Assembly: GCF_006345805.1 (NCBI RefSeq)
Contig: NC_042999.1
Coordinates: forward strand, 10,106,001 to 10,170,000
Length of the DNA: 64,000 nt
Direction of reading: 5' to 3'
From: Octopus sinensis
Taxonomy: Eukaryota
Shown: piece by piece, positions 38,266 through 51,606 of the stretch
How the letters are laid out: each line of letters opens with the position of its first letter
How positions within the stretch are numbered: the stretch's first letter is position 1
Program-made: the position numbers and the translations under genes
Notes under the pieces: generated by a model
Told to the model about the DNA's origin: nothing
What the model saw: the letters and a program-made list of their open reading frames with translations, nothing else
The model's database searches: none

Positions 38266-41200
38266 CTGGTGAAGTCTTTCAAGTCAGAATTTGGGCACTA
38301 TGGCCCACTCAAGTAGAGAGTTATTGTTTACAGAGACATATCCGGGTGTAGGGGGTTTATCCCGGATTTCTTGAAGGAATCTGTCCAAAGACTTCTTGAA
38401 CCCTATAGGGTCAGTTTCTGTTTTAATGTGTTTGGTGTAATGTTAAAGAGAGGGGGCCAATTGAGGTGAAATAATTGTGCCGTATTGTTTGTTATGAGAT
38501 GAGTGTGCGATTTTTGTTTTGGGCGGATGGCACGGGGCCCAAGCCTTGGATGTTTAAGGTGAAGGTGATGCCAACATCATTTGGGCAATGCTGATGGAAT
38601 ATTTTCCACATCAGCAGATGATGTAGCGCTCACGACGACGTTGGAGAGAATAGAGTTTTAGCTTTTCTAGTCGACCCCATAGTCGAGGCCTGTCATGCCA
38701 TCTATCTTTTTTGTGATTGCCCTTTGAGGTGCTTCAACTTTTATGATACCTTGTATTGTGTGGGGAGACCACAGTGGACAACAGTATTCAAGGTGGGGTC
38801 GGGCAAAAGCGGAGAAGAGAAGGATAATGGTGTGGATATCTCTCGACTGGAAAGTTCTGAGAATCCAGGAACACATTCTGCGGGCCATGTCAACTTTGGT
38901 GTTTATATGAGTGGCCCAGCTTATGTTGTTGTCCACAATTACTCCCAAGTCTCTGATGTTGTGGACGCCGCGAGAGTTTCACCTGAAGGAAGGGGAGTAT
39001 GGGAGTTTCAGGGCATCCTCTTTTCCAAAGTGGATTAGCTCAAAATTTATCCTCGTTCAGCAGCATATTGTTTTTTCTGCCCATTGGATAACAGCCAGTA
39101 GATCTGACTGAAGGCATGTCCGGTCACTCGCCTCATTTATGACCTTCTGTAGCTTGGAGTCATCTGCAAAGATTTTTATGTTGCTGTGCTTGATGATGTC
39201 ATTAATGTAAATGATGAAAAGAAGTGGGCCCAGCACAGTGCCTTGCGGAACGCCACTACTGACTTTGCTGGGCTTGATTTACCCCTTCAACTACAACATG
39301 TTGAGATCTGTCTGTCAGGAAACACTTGATCCATTTCAGTAACTTTCCAGAGACACCATGTTGGATAGTTTTTTCAATAGGATCTTGTGATCGACCCTGT
39401 CGAAGGCCTTACTGAAATCAAGGTAGATGACATCGGTGTTGGAGCCCTCTCCCAAAGCTCTCAAAATGTCCTCAAAGTGATGCAGGAGCTGCGTTAGGCA
39501 GTCCCTTCCATTACGGAACCCATGTTGGTTGGAGATCAGCCGTCTGTTGCTTTAGGGAAATTGGGTTATTCGAGATCTCACCACCCTTGATCTCAAATAC
39601 CTTGATGATATGAGAGGTGAGTGAGATCGGACGGTAATTCACTGCAAGGGACTTGTTTCCCTTTTTGAAAACTGGGACAACAGACTGGGACAGAAGGTTT
39701 TTTGGAATATAGCCAGCATCCAGTGAGTTTCTCCACAGATTAGCAAGGGGAGATGCAAGTTGGTGTCGACACACCTTCAGGACACAAGCAGGGAACCTAT
39801 CGGGGCCTACTGCTGAATTGTGTTTTATTTCGTTTATCGCCGCTAAGACATCAGGGGCACTAAACGTTATGTCCGATATAGTGTGTTGGGGGTTGACATC
39901 ACTGATACAGCCCAGATCGGTCATATCAGGATTGCTGAAAACAGAGCAGTATTGTTTCTGCAGTATCTCGGCCATGGATTTGGCATTATCTTGGAGAGTG
40001 CCAGTTTCGTCAATTAGAGGGCCTACAGTGGAGACAGTGACCCTGCGTTTCCTCGCAAAGGAAAGAACACTTTGGGGTTGAGTTTATTTTTCAATGGCCC
40101 ACTTCTCCTCAGCTGATCTTTGGTTATTGATGAGGGTCTTCATGCATTGTTGGAGGTTATATTTTTTTAGATTCAAGCAGTGCGATAGCCGTCGAATGTG
40201 TGTGTTGCTGTTGGCAGAGACTTTAGTTTGTTAATTTTTTTGTTTGTTCTTTTTATTTTCTGATAATGGTTTTTCTGTTTTGGGGGATTCTGCACTTTTT
40301 GTTCACAGGTCTTGGTGGGGAGTGTTTTGCACATATGTCTGTGACGGTGTCTACAAAGATCTGCCAAGATGTTTATGGTTGGTGGAGATGTGTGTATGTG
40401 TAAAGGACCAGTCAACATGTGATAGCTCGTTCCTGATTGCATCCCAGTTGGCATTATGGAGATCCATGTTGTCAAATGGGTGGGCTGGAGGGAAGGTCAC
40501 TAGGATTAGCTTTCAGCTGGTGGAATTTCATGTTACAGAGAACCATGTCATGGTCTGAAAGAAGGGTTTTTTCCACTGTAACGTTATGTATAGTGTTAGT
40601 GTGGTTACTAAACACTAGGTCCAAAATGTTCTGATGTCTTGTTGGTGCAAGGACAAGTTGGACAAGAAAAACTCATTCGTAAAGTCGAAAAGTGACTCTG
40701 CTGCTTCTTTGTCAGCGGTTGAGGCGGGAGTGCTTGGTTTCAAAGTTTTGTAGTCCAGTCAACACAGGGTAGATTGAAGTCTCCCATCATGAGTATGTTG
40801 CTAGAATGGCACTGTTGAATAAAGCACTTAATGCTGTTGAGGCATTCATTAAAGCACAGTATGGGTGTTGGGGGCGGCCTATAGAGCCCAATTACTGTCA
40901 GGTCATTGGCTTTGTTGTGCACGGTGACTGATTCACAGTAGCCGTTGGAGAATATACTATTTCCATCTGCCGTAAATGAATCATGCAGGAAAATGGCAGT
41001 TCCACCCTTCCTCCTGCCGATACGATCCGCGCGGATGGTTGTGAAATTCTTCACTCTCACTTCGGCTTCCAAGTGGGAGTTGTCAAGTGGGTCTCGTGAG
41101 AATGAAGAAAGGGATGTGGTGTGAATGGTTACCAACCCAGTCTTCAATGAATTGGACCTTCCATTTTTGTGCATTGATGGAAGGGCTGACACCTTGTGCA

Positions 41201-42900
41201 TTGAGTAGGAATGTGGAGGTTAGTGTAGTGGCTGGTTTTGACTGTTGCAGGGGCTTGGATTTTTGTGTGTGTTAGTGGCAGCAATGTGGGGAATTGGTGC
41301 ACTGGGGTAATAGCATAGGATGGTGTTGAGTGATGGCTAGAAGTTTTTTGTGTATCTCTTTTGCCATGTTCAACATGGCTAAAAAAGAATTTTCTGCTTA
41401 GGGAGCAGTTTTTGGTTGGAGGTGTGGTTGCACTGTTGGATAGGGTTGTAGTTTCCACTTTTGTTGTTGTTGTTTTTGTGTCTTCCTAAAAGACTGGACC
41501 AGCATTACTGCAGCATGGTGTGTTTCTATTTTTTTTTATTCAGGTTTGTGTGTTGGCTTGAAGCCCCGTTTCTGTTTGTGCGTCGGGTCCCTGGAAGATG
41601 AGTGAAGGGACAGTCACTCAGTAGACATGTTCTCTCACGTTGGGAATACCGGCAGATTTTGGGACTCCGAGTTGTGTGTGTTTTGAATTTCGATTTACTA
41701 TTTGGTGGTGTTGATGTTATTGTGGGATGCGTGCTTTGGCCGCCGGCCGGTAGTGCGTCTAGTGCCGGGTAGATGCGTGAAGATGCAGTCACTATTTGTG
41801 CAGAGTCTCTGGCGCAGTATAGCGGCATATTTGGGGATTCTTTTGTTTTGCCGTGGGGGGCGCATTCTGCTTCCTATGTTTCTTTAAGTTTTGTTTACTG
41901 CAGTAGTATTGAGGTGGTGATGTGGGGGAAGAGGGCAATGGTTTCTTATTTGGTTTTCTGTTGTATTTTTGGTGATAGAAGACGATGGTGGCAGCGGTGG
42001 TGATGATGATGATGATAATTGTGGTGGTTGCTGTGAGAGCGGTGAAAAGATACTGGCATTTAGTGAATCGTCTAGTAAGCTAGAGTTGAGGAGTGGCTGT
42101 GTGTTGTTCTTGTTGCTGTGGCTGTTGTTGTTGTTGTTGTGCTTGACCGATGTTAGGGTCAGCCATTGTGCTGGGAACCAGGAGTGGCTCATTCTGTTGT
42201 TGTTGTTGTTGTGGCTGCTGATTTTCTAGCTGTTGTTGTTCTTGAACTGTGAAAATATGTAGAAGCTTTTCATAATGGCCTCTTATCAGTTTGAAAGATA
42301 CTTCGATATGTTTCAGTTTGCTACGAATCTGTTTGACGGATCGTGTGTTGACCACTTGTGATGTTTTTTCGGCAATCTCATTCAAACACAAAACATTTAG
42401 ATTTTCTGTTTGGGAAAGAGAGAACCATGTGTTTATATAGTTTAGCTTCATTCATTTCCAGCACTCGACATTCCTTGCAATAGTACAAGGTCACAGATTT
42501 TGTTAAGTAGCGTCGTAGATGACTGGATTGACTCCCGTTGAAATAGAATAAACAGGATCTCTTGACAAATAGATAAATACAACATGGCGCGCATACCCTG
42601 TTGGTTGAGGATTTGGGTCTGTGTGTGTGTGTGTGTGTTAAAAGTGGGTGCGAAAGGGGGGAGGATGGGGTTTATAGTTGTGCTCGTAGTAACAGCTGAC
42701 TGCTCTGTTGTGGCTGATAGTTTGGTTGCGTAGTAGGAGAATGATGTTGGTTTCAGGGCGAAAAGATATGCATCTACCTTAGAGGTCTTTGAGAAAGAGA
42801 GAGGGAGAGGGAGGAAGGGGAGGAGATAGGGGCGGGAAGAGTAAGATAGAAAGCGGTGGAGTGGTGGTGGTGGTGGTAGGGGGGGGGTTATTTCAGTAAG
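38266..42900 (-). mobile_element. Near full-length, frameshifted CR1-clade LINE (ORF1 with coiled-coil-like/Q-rich region and two CCCH fingers; ORF2 APE + RT)
   Basis: APE: RADRIGRRKGGTAIFL, IGLYRPP, MGDFNLPCVDW, SDHDMV. RT: [47 protein letters not shown] (39159-39170). C-terminus: WILRTFQSR..RPHLEYCCPLWSPH. 5' limit approximate. Confidence 0.92.
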
Positions 42901-43134
42901 TAAAAAGTATTTTGTTGCCATTAAAGAACGGCATCCTTAACTGGTACAACTTAAAGCAGCAGCAACACCAGTTGAAGTGGTGCCTCTCTCTGCCTAAAGA
43001 TGGAGACTATATGGATGGTAGGGTCTGGTATGAAATGGTGGTGGTGGAAGTAGTGGTGGTGGTGGTGGTCGTCGTCGTCGTGGTGATGATAGTGGTGGTA
43101 GAGGATAGCCGCGGTGGGGTAATGGAGGTGGTTG

Positions 43135-43510
43135 TGTGAGTGTGTGAGTGTGTGTGTGTGTGTGCGTGTGTGAGTGTATGTGTGTGTGTGTGCGCGTGTG
43201 TGTGCGTGTGTGAGTGTGTGTGTGTGAGTGTGTGTGTTGTGTGTGCGTGTGTGAGTGTGTATGTGTGTGTGTGTGCGCGTGTGTGTGCGTGTGTGAGTGT
43301 GTGTATGTGTGTGTGTGTGTGCGTGTGAGTGTGTATGTGTGTGTGTGTGTGCGCGTGTGTGTGCGTGTGTGAGTGTGTGTGTATGTGTGTGTGTGTGTGC
43401 GTGCGTGTGTGTATGTGTGTGTGTGCGTGTATGTGTGTGTGCGTGTGTGTGTGTGTGCGCGCGTGTGTGTACGTGTGTTTGTGTGTGTGTGCGTGTGTGT
43501 GCGCGCGCAT
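43135..43510. repeat. Cryptic (TG)n/(CG)/(AG) compound repeat
   Basis: Mostly alternating purine-pyrimidine, with recurring GTGTGCGCGTGTGTGTGCGTGTGTGAGT blocks. Confidence 0.9.
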
Positions 43511-43697
43511 GTTTCTTTATCTTCGTTTCCCTTTCTGCACTCCGCTCCATATTGGTCGGGCCTTGAACGATGGACGCAACAGTGAAGCAGTTTCTTCAAG
43601 GACGCAGCAGGTCGCACGGCCCAGGAATCGAAACCACAATCTTATGATCATGACTGAAACACCTTAATTGCTAAACCGCGCACCTCCACATACATGC

Positions 43698-43770
<73 letters not shown>

Positions 43771-43794
43771 CGTATGATCACAAGATTGTAATTT

Positions 43795-43944
43795 CGTTAT
43801 GAGGTCGACTTTGCCTTTCATCCTTTCGGGGTCGATTAAATAAGTACCAGTTACGCACTGGGGTCGATATAATCGATTTAATCCGTTTGCCTGTCCTTGT
43901 TTGTCCTCTCTGCGTTTAGCCCCTTGTGGGTAGTAAAGAAATAG

Positions 43945-43946
<2 letters not shown>
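43795..43946 (+). mobile_element. SINE family B, 3' part
   Basis: Homology to the family B body and tail. Confidence 0.85.
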
Positions 43947-44030
<84 letters not shown>

Positions 44031-44089
44031 GAGATATATAGTGTGAGAGAGAGAGAGAGAAGGAGAGAGACAGACAGACAGAGACCGAG

Positions 44090-44161
<72 letters not shown>

Positions 44162-44202
44162 GGATGGATGGATGGATGGATGGATGGATGGATAGATAGA
44201 TA

Positions 44203-44244
<42 letters not shown>

Positions 44245-44306
44245 GGATGGATGGATAGATAGATAGATAGGTAGATAGGTAGATAGGTAGATAGATAGAT
44301 AGATAG

Positions 44307-44361
<55 letters not shown>

Positions 44362-44375
44362 TAGATAGATAGATA

Positions 44376-44446
<71 letters not shown>

Positions 44447-44460
44447 TGCATATACATACC
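43947..44460. repeat. (TA)n-(GA)n-(GATA)n-(GGAT)n compound microsatellite
   Basis: Direct reading. Confidence 0.95.
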
Positions 44461-44799
44461 TATGTGTGTGTGTGTGTGTGTGTATGTAGAGGGAGGATAG
44501 TTATGTTATAGTGTCGCTCTACCACCATGATGATGATGGTGTAACTGATGGAGTTCTGTAGACAGTGGTAGAGAAAGTGGAATCGGAGAAAGTGGCTCTT
44601 AATGGGGCCAATGGTGGGGCTGACGGTTGGTTGGCTGGTTGGCTAATAAGGGTTCCCTCCTTCTCTCACCCTTCTCTCTCTCTCGTTCCCCCACCCTCCC
44701 TCTCTCACACTCTACACTATATTTAATGAGCTGCTGTTCCCATTATTTCTTCGCAGAGACTATTACGTTACACAGCAACACACACATACGCCTGCTTAT

Positions 44800-44830
<31 letters not shown>

Positions 44831-45579
44831 TACATTCACATACACATACATACATACATACATACATTCATACGCACATACATACATACATACATTCACA
44901 CACACACACACATATATAATTTACGCCTTACATGTAAATGGGGGGGTAGGCGTACATACACACACATTTACACATACACACACACACGCACATTTAAACG
45001 TACGTATACACACGCACACACGACCGCAATTCTTTAAAGGTCAACTGTGCTTTAAACTTTAAACGAAATCACCAACAAGGGAAGAGAAAATGTAATTTTG
45101 CAAGTACTATTGTTGTTGTTGCTGTTCAAATACCGCCGAGATCAATTCTGCCTTTCATCTCTTCAAGAGTTGAGAACTGGGGGTGGATGTAATCAACAAG
45201 TCCCCCACCCACCACCACCCTAAACTGTAGGTCTTGAGCCTAGAGTGGAAAGTACCATCATTGTTTTATACGCTAATATACAGCGCTGAATTAACCATGA
45301 AGCAAAAGTGGGGTCACCACAGAAATAGTAAATGGCTTACGGCACAAATGGTACAACTTTAAACTAAAATAAAATTCAGAGTGGTTTTTATGATATAAAA
45401 TATAATTCTGAAGTGTTCTTGGTGTCATAATGAAGATTTACACAACGACTTTCCAATTAAGGAGAAAACTTTTTCGAATATAAATAAAGTGGGAATGTAC
45501 AAAAATAAACATTATTTAGTTTAATTTTCTTTTGAAAAATAAACATTTATTTTATGATTAATTATTGTTTATATTTTGA

Positions 45580-45612
<33 letters not shown>

Positions 45613-46348
45613 TCGTGACCTTCTCTCATCAGTCAAGTTTCCCGATTGTCCTTACAGTTTCGGATTAAGGTTACAACACAACAGAAACGATCCCTCTGAC
45701 TGACTTCCATAGTTTCTTTCTGACAAATTTCTTGAGAAGGTTTTGGTCAATAATATTTATTATTTATGGATTAGCAAGGAATAGATTGATCAGTAGGTTT
45801 AGACCTTGGTCGGTCATGAGCTTCAGGACTTATAAGGCCTGAGATTAATCGATTTCCATGGCGTTTAAGTGACTGATATTACAACACTCTCTCCTGGACG
45901 GGACGCCAGTCCTCCACCAGATTAACCACCCAGTTATCGCTGGAACTCAGCCGTTCAAGAATTTGGACCTGGAGATCTCCATTTCCAGCGACTTCGAGGG
46001 CCACCTCCAAGTGGTGTCCGGCGTCAACGAAGAGCCCTCGACTACAACAAGACGACCAAAGTTTTTTTTTTCCAAGGTCTGGGGTCTCCCGCCCATAAGC
46101 CCTAGACCATCACCTAATCACCCTTACCCGTCTTGTTGCCCAACAACAACAACAAGGAACTCATTTACAGCTGGGTGGGTTGGAGTTGCATAAAACGAAG
46201 TGTCTTGCTCAAGAACACAACGCACCACCCGGTTCGGGAATCGAAACTACGACCATACACTCGTGGGTGCAATATTCCAGCCACTAAAACTGGCACTTTC
46301 ACATATCGGTAGTGAGTCGAACAAAGTGCATTGCGCCAGTCTAATTAC

Positions 46349-46615
46349 TTCCCTTTACATTCTGAAAATAGAATCCCCTGGAAATGAAGTATCGGCGTAA
46401 AGTAGATCAACTGCAGCCAGCGCCCCCTACACATTCTGCCCAGTGAAATATCGAACCGATGAGAGAAATATTGTCTCGATATTGATTCAGCAATATATTG
46501 AATCTCTTTTGGAGGTGGTCGAAGTGATCGAACTGATCGAAGCAAAGTATGGCTCTTATTGTTTCGACTGAGGATTTCTAAATCAGATTCGAATTGGGTC
46601 GATCGAAGATAAACT
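46349..46615 (-). CDS. Candidate internal exon (267 nt, phase 2-2), unknown product
   Basis: Open for 89 codons between GCTTTTAG| and AA|GTAATT. CpG/TCGA-rich. Splice signals are only moderate and there is no recognisable domain. Confidence 0.2.
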
Positions 46616-46779
46616 CTAAAAGCGACACGCATCCCCTCCCCCATCCCCCACACATATTGATCTGAAGGTTCCCCGTCCGGGATCAAAGCACTTTTGCCAT
46701 GGCAAGAGTATTGTGTTCTCTCTTTCTATCACGTATATCCAAATTGCTCTTAAATGTGTGTGTGTGTGTGTGTGTGTGC

Positions 46780-46828
<49 letters not shown>

Positions 46829-46840
46829 TGTGTGTGTGTG

Positions 46841-47028
46841 TTTCATGCAGAAGGCGTGCCAGAGTAATTCCTCCATTCCTTTTCTCTGTGTGTGTGTGTT
46901 ATTGTGTGTGTGTGTGTGTGGTGTGTGTGTGTGTGTGTGTGGTGTGTGTGCTTGTGTGTGTGTGTGTGTTTCATGCAGAAGGCGTGCCAGAGTAATTCCT
47001 CCATTCCTTTTCTCTGTGTGTGTGTGTT

Positions 47029-47079
<51 letters not shown>

Positions 47080-47120
47080 CATGCAGAAGGTGAACCAGAG
47101 TAGTTGCTCCACTCATTCCT
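46841..47120. repeat. Three ~45-bp repeat cores separated by (TG)n spacers
   Basis: TTTCATGCAGAAGGCGTGCCAGAGTAATTCCTCCATTCCTTTTCTC at ~46841 and ~46969, with a diverged copy at ~47077. Confidence 0.85.
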
Positions 47121-47735
47121 TGACCCCTCACTCAACCCTTTTATCGACTCTGACTCTTGAAATTCTATAAATAACTTCTTGCTTCTTTAATCCTCAAAGT
47201 CAGGTTCAGCCAAACTCTAATCTACGATGATTCCTAGCTTTGCCCAGATAAGAAAGGTAAAAATGCCAATTAGATAAATATCACCGAATTTCTCCCGAAT
47301 CCCAGACCTGGCTTTTGTCTTCAGTTTCTCAGTGATAACATCATGCCCCCACCCCCCACTCCGCTTTTCTGTTTATTTTGAAATAACTCTGAGGTTATTT
47401 TCTAAATAATTCTGTCTCAATAAAAATCAAAGAAAGTGTTACTCTATGTAACGGAGATCTTTTACAACGTTTCACGTACACTTTTCCATGCCTGCATGGG
47501 TCAGACAGAAATTTGTTGGAACAAACTTTCTATGGGTGCACGCCGTTCCCGCGACTAAAAATTTTTCTGTTTCCAAGAGGAAATATTTCCCTATTGCCAG
47601 ACATGCTTTTTTTCTTTCACAGAGGGCTGGAAATAAACAACATCGCTAGTATAACGGTAACGTTCATCTACAACCGTCAGTTGATGGCAAGACAAGAATG
47701 CACACAAATACACACACAAATCTCTCTCTCTATAT

Positions 47736-47763
<28 letters not shown>

Positions 47764-47770
<7 letters not shown>

Positions 47771-47980
47771 TTAGTGTAGGAAGAAATGGAGCTGAACGAA
47801 GATTTAACAAAATTCCTTTTTATTATTTTCTACATATGTTTCAAAGGCTGCAAAGTCCCTAATTCGGATTGAATAAGGAGACCATTTTGCAGCCTTCTCT
47901 TCAGGAAAATCCAGGAACTTAATTCTCCAACAAAATGCACATCTTCGTTCAGCTCCATTTCTTCCAACACTAAATATATA
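47764..47980. mobile_element. Fold-back MITE with ~40-bp TIRs
   Basis: TATATATTTAGTGTAGGAAGAAATGGAGCTGAACGAAGAT and its reverse complement (1 mismatch) at 47941-47980, plus an inner GGCTGCAAA/TTTGCAGCC pair. TA-rich ends. Confidence 0.75.
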
Positions 47981-48122
47981 AACTTCAAATTTCCGCATTA
48001 AGGCACGGGTTTGAGACCCCATGGTCGTAACCTCAACCGTGATTTTTCTGTTGTGATTTTTGCTACCCAGGTATCGGTTATCTTTTGAATAATCCGTAAC
48101 AAGATAATTCATTTATCCATTT

Positions 48123-48191
<69 letters not shown>

Positions 48192-48194
48192 CTT

Positions 48195-48468
48195 GTGTCA
48201 GTCATTTAACTGCGGTCATGCTGGAGGACCGCCTTTTGTCAAGTTTATTCTTTGTAAGCCTTGTACTTATTCTATCGGTCTCTTTTACAGAACCGCTAAG
48301 TTACGGGGACGTAAACACACCAGCATCGGTTGTCAAGTGATGTTGCAGGACAAACAGACACACAGACACATACATGTACGAAGGGTTTCTTGCAGTTTCC
48401 GTCTGCCAAATCCACTCACAGGGATTTTGGTCGGCCCGAAGCTATTGTAGAAGACACTTGCCCAAGGT
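48195..48468 (-). mobile_element. SINE family A, 5'-truncated
   Basis: Homology to family A. Confidence 0.8.
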
Positions 48469-48908
48469 GTGTATATAACATTATGACATTTGTGTAAGGC
48501 AGAGTTCAGTATAATCGAAACCGGAACCTCGTGATTCTAAATCGGTTTTCTCACCCACATGGTTACACCGCTTATAATTTTGTCGATATATCCGATCAAT
48601 ATATTTTCACGTTAATAACCCTGCCTCGTAAGGGCCATTGATCGACCGAACTGTAAGAATGTCGAACCGGATGGCATTTGTTGCGGTTTTTCACACAGCT
48701 TCCAGCAGTGAGTTCTACGCCACTGAGCCAGATTGCTGCCTTTAATAACAATAATGATGATGATGATGCTGGTGATAATAGAGACCCTCCCGTCGAAGAT
48801 GACAGATGAGCGTTCCAGCTCAAATGATTTGTCTCTTGTGATCAAGTGTATGTGACACCACTGAGCTAGGGGCAGCTGTTTTACTGAGTCAGTGTGTTGG
48901 TTATAGAC

Positions 48909-49098
48909 CAGAGGCCTTCAACCATTTTAATATTCGGGTCAGATCCCATCCAAAACCTGGATTCTTTTTTTTTCCCCCTCTTTTTAAGGGAACTGCATAA
49001 AAGAAAGGGTAAGACACAAGTCAGTTAAAGAAAAAGTTATATTTATAGAGTGGAGGACCGGTGGAAGGATGCTCGGGGGCCGCAGTTGAAAATCACTG
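48909..49098. mobile_element. Degenerate hAT MITE
   Basis: Ends CAGAGGCCTTCAACC and CAGTTGAAAATCACTG. Flanks TTATAGAC and TTGTAGAA match at 6 of 8 positions, a plausible decayed 8-bp TSD. Confidence 0.55.
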
Positions 49099-49944
49099 TT
49101 GTAGAAGATGCAATGCAGCAGCAGTGCCAAGGTTCGAACCGTCGACATCTCCGTCATTCACAGCAGCAAGAAAGAGGCTGGAAGCGAAGAAGAAGGAAGG
49201 CAAAGAAGGAAGAAAAAAGATGGGAGAGAGAGAGAGGGGGGGAGTGATTTGAAGTGGTCACTTCTTGAGTAAGAATGATGCAACTCTTGAGTGTTGTTTA
49301 AACTTAAATAACAAAGCAAAATAACGTGGATGCAAACCACACACACACACATAAATACGTGCGTTTACACACAAATGCATTTTCACACACACACACGCAC
49401 GCACACACACACACACACACACTTGTACATAACGAAATTGTCGTGAGAAATGAAATCACCATATATGGTTTGTTTGCTTTGTTTTGTCTTTTGTTGGGCA
49501 TCAACTAGACTAATGACGGGGGAACTTAACTAAGTTCAGTCAATTTCCCATAAATAGCAGCCAAATCTTCCTTAAATCACATTGAATGATGTAGTCCCAG
49601 AGTGTGGCTCCGAAAGGAATTTTGCAAGATGGAGCAAAACTGCTTTGAGACTTCTTGGATTTTGAGAGAAAAGAGACACACACACAAGCGCACGCATACA
49701 CGCTACATAATCGTCTCCACTCTCGACACCAACACCTACAATTCCACCCCACCCCATCCCCACCTCAGTCTGTGTCGATGTCAACCAATGTTAAACAAAT
49801 ACGAATTATTCTTCTCCCTCCTCCCCCGTTTAGTACCCGGCGCCTGTTCATCGCAACAACCTTTCCAATGAGAGCAGTTAATAAACTCAATCTTGAAAAG
49901 CCAAGAATTGTTGTTCCTCTTCGAGCTATGACTTAATTATATCG

Positions 49945-50770
49945 TGGCATTCCATCGGTTGCGACGACAAGGGTTCCATTTGATCCGATCAACGGAAGAG
50001 TCTGCTCGTGAAATTAACGTGTAAGTGGCTGAGCACGCCACAGACACGTGTACCCTTAACGTAGTTCTCAGGGAGATTCAGCGTGACATAGAGTGACAAG
50101 GCTGGCTATTTGAAATACAGGTACAACAGAAAGAGGAAGAAAGAGTGAGAGAAAGGTGTGGTGAAAGAGTACAGCAGGGTTCGCCACCACTCCTGCCGGA
50201 TCATCGTGGAGCTTTAAGTGTTTTCGCTCAATAAACATTCACAACGCCCGATCTGGGAATCGAAACCGCGATCCTATGACCGCGAGTCCACGTCCCTAAC
50301 CCCAGGGCGATTGCGCCTCCACAGTTATATCATACACACTGTGACATCGTCATAATGCTTCGTAGATTTGATTATTATAAAAGAACTAAACGTGTTGGCC
50401 GCGATCGCACCACAATACTGGCAGCAAGACCTTTCTCTTGGGGGTGCCAGGTGCCCCTCTTAACATAACCGCAGTGAAGGTGCGTGGTTTAGTGGTTAGG
50501 GCATTCGGCTCCCGACAGCGCGTTGTGGCCTTGAGCAAGACACTTTATTTTCACGTTCCTCCACTCTACTCAGCTGGTAAAAATGAGTTGTACCAGTAAT
50601 TCAATGGGGGACAGCCTTGTCCCATTCTGTGTCACGCTGAAACACCCTGAGAAATACGTAAAGAATATGTCTCTGGTGTGCTCAGCCACATGCGCGTTAA
50701 TTTCACGAGCAGGCTGTTCGGTTGATCGGATCTGCTGGAACCCTCGTCGTCGCAACCGACGGAGAGCCAG
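49945..50770. mobile_element. SINE cluster: family C 3' part (-) 49945-50105, family D (-) 50120-50322, family C (+) 50475-50770
   Basis: Homology to 16603-16928 and 59690-60042. Confidence 0.75.
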
Positions 50771-51606
50771 TCTAACATAATCGTTCGCTTTCTAAAATTA
50801 TGTTTGCTTTCTCTATTTCTAAATATTTGACCGTAAGAGAAAAATGAGCAAACCAGAGTCAGATGGCCAGTTTTTCTTTTTACTTCAGAAGCAGGGGCTT
50901 TGTTTCTCTCGAGTCCCATGAGGCCCGTTGCCCTGTTTCCCGGTTGACCGAGATCACAACGTTCCCCTGGGTTCAAGGAAAGCAAATTTTGAGGGGACGG
51001 GCAAGCCACTTACACCGATCTCAGTAATTGATTAGTGCTTTAGTTTATCGACCCCGAAGGAAAGGCAAAGTTGACTTCGACGGTATTTGAACTCTGACCG
51101 TAAAGAGGTGGAAGAAATGCCGCTAAGCCTTTTGTCCGACGCGCTCACGATTCTGCCAGCTCGCCACCTTACAGGCAGGTCTAAAGAAGTAAAAATACTT
51201 CCGTCAGTGCTCGGCGAGGGGCCGAATAGGGAGCACACGGGACAAGTTGTTTTGTGGTATATAATTGCATCCATTTGCGCTCTGAGTTCAAATCCCATCT
51301 CTCTGAGGTCCGCTTCGTCTTTTAACATCCGGGGTTGGTTAAATACTAGTTAAGTACTAGAATCGTTTTATTTAACTACTCCCTTCTACAAAATTTGGAG
51401 CTCTGTGCTTTGCGACATTTCTTTCGGCTCTTCACATTATGAGCTCAAACTCCACCGAGTTCATCTTTGCTTTTCATCCTTTCGGAGCCGATAAAATAAG
51501 TACCAGTTATGCATTGGGGTTCAATGTAATCGCCTACCCACTACTCTAAAAACATGGCTGCTCTTGTGCCAAAATTTGAAACCATTACTATTATTATCAT
51601 CATCAT

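Noticed and set aside
45600-45650. Minus-strand CTGATGA...GAAT hammerhead-like start (similar partial hits at ~17420, ~54296 and ~59730)
   Set aside because: Missing GAAA or stems I-III; consistent with chance core matches.
46841-47120. CRISPR-like repeat/spacer look
   Set aside because: The spacers are (TG)n microsatellites, the context is eukaryotic, and there are no cas genes.
50884-50966. Phase-1-compatible minus exon candidate (GERCDLGQPGNRATGLMG...)
   Set aside because: Weak donor (GTAAAA), and the nearer 52656 acceptor explains the splice better.
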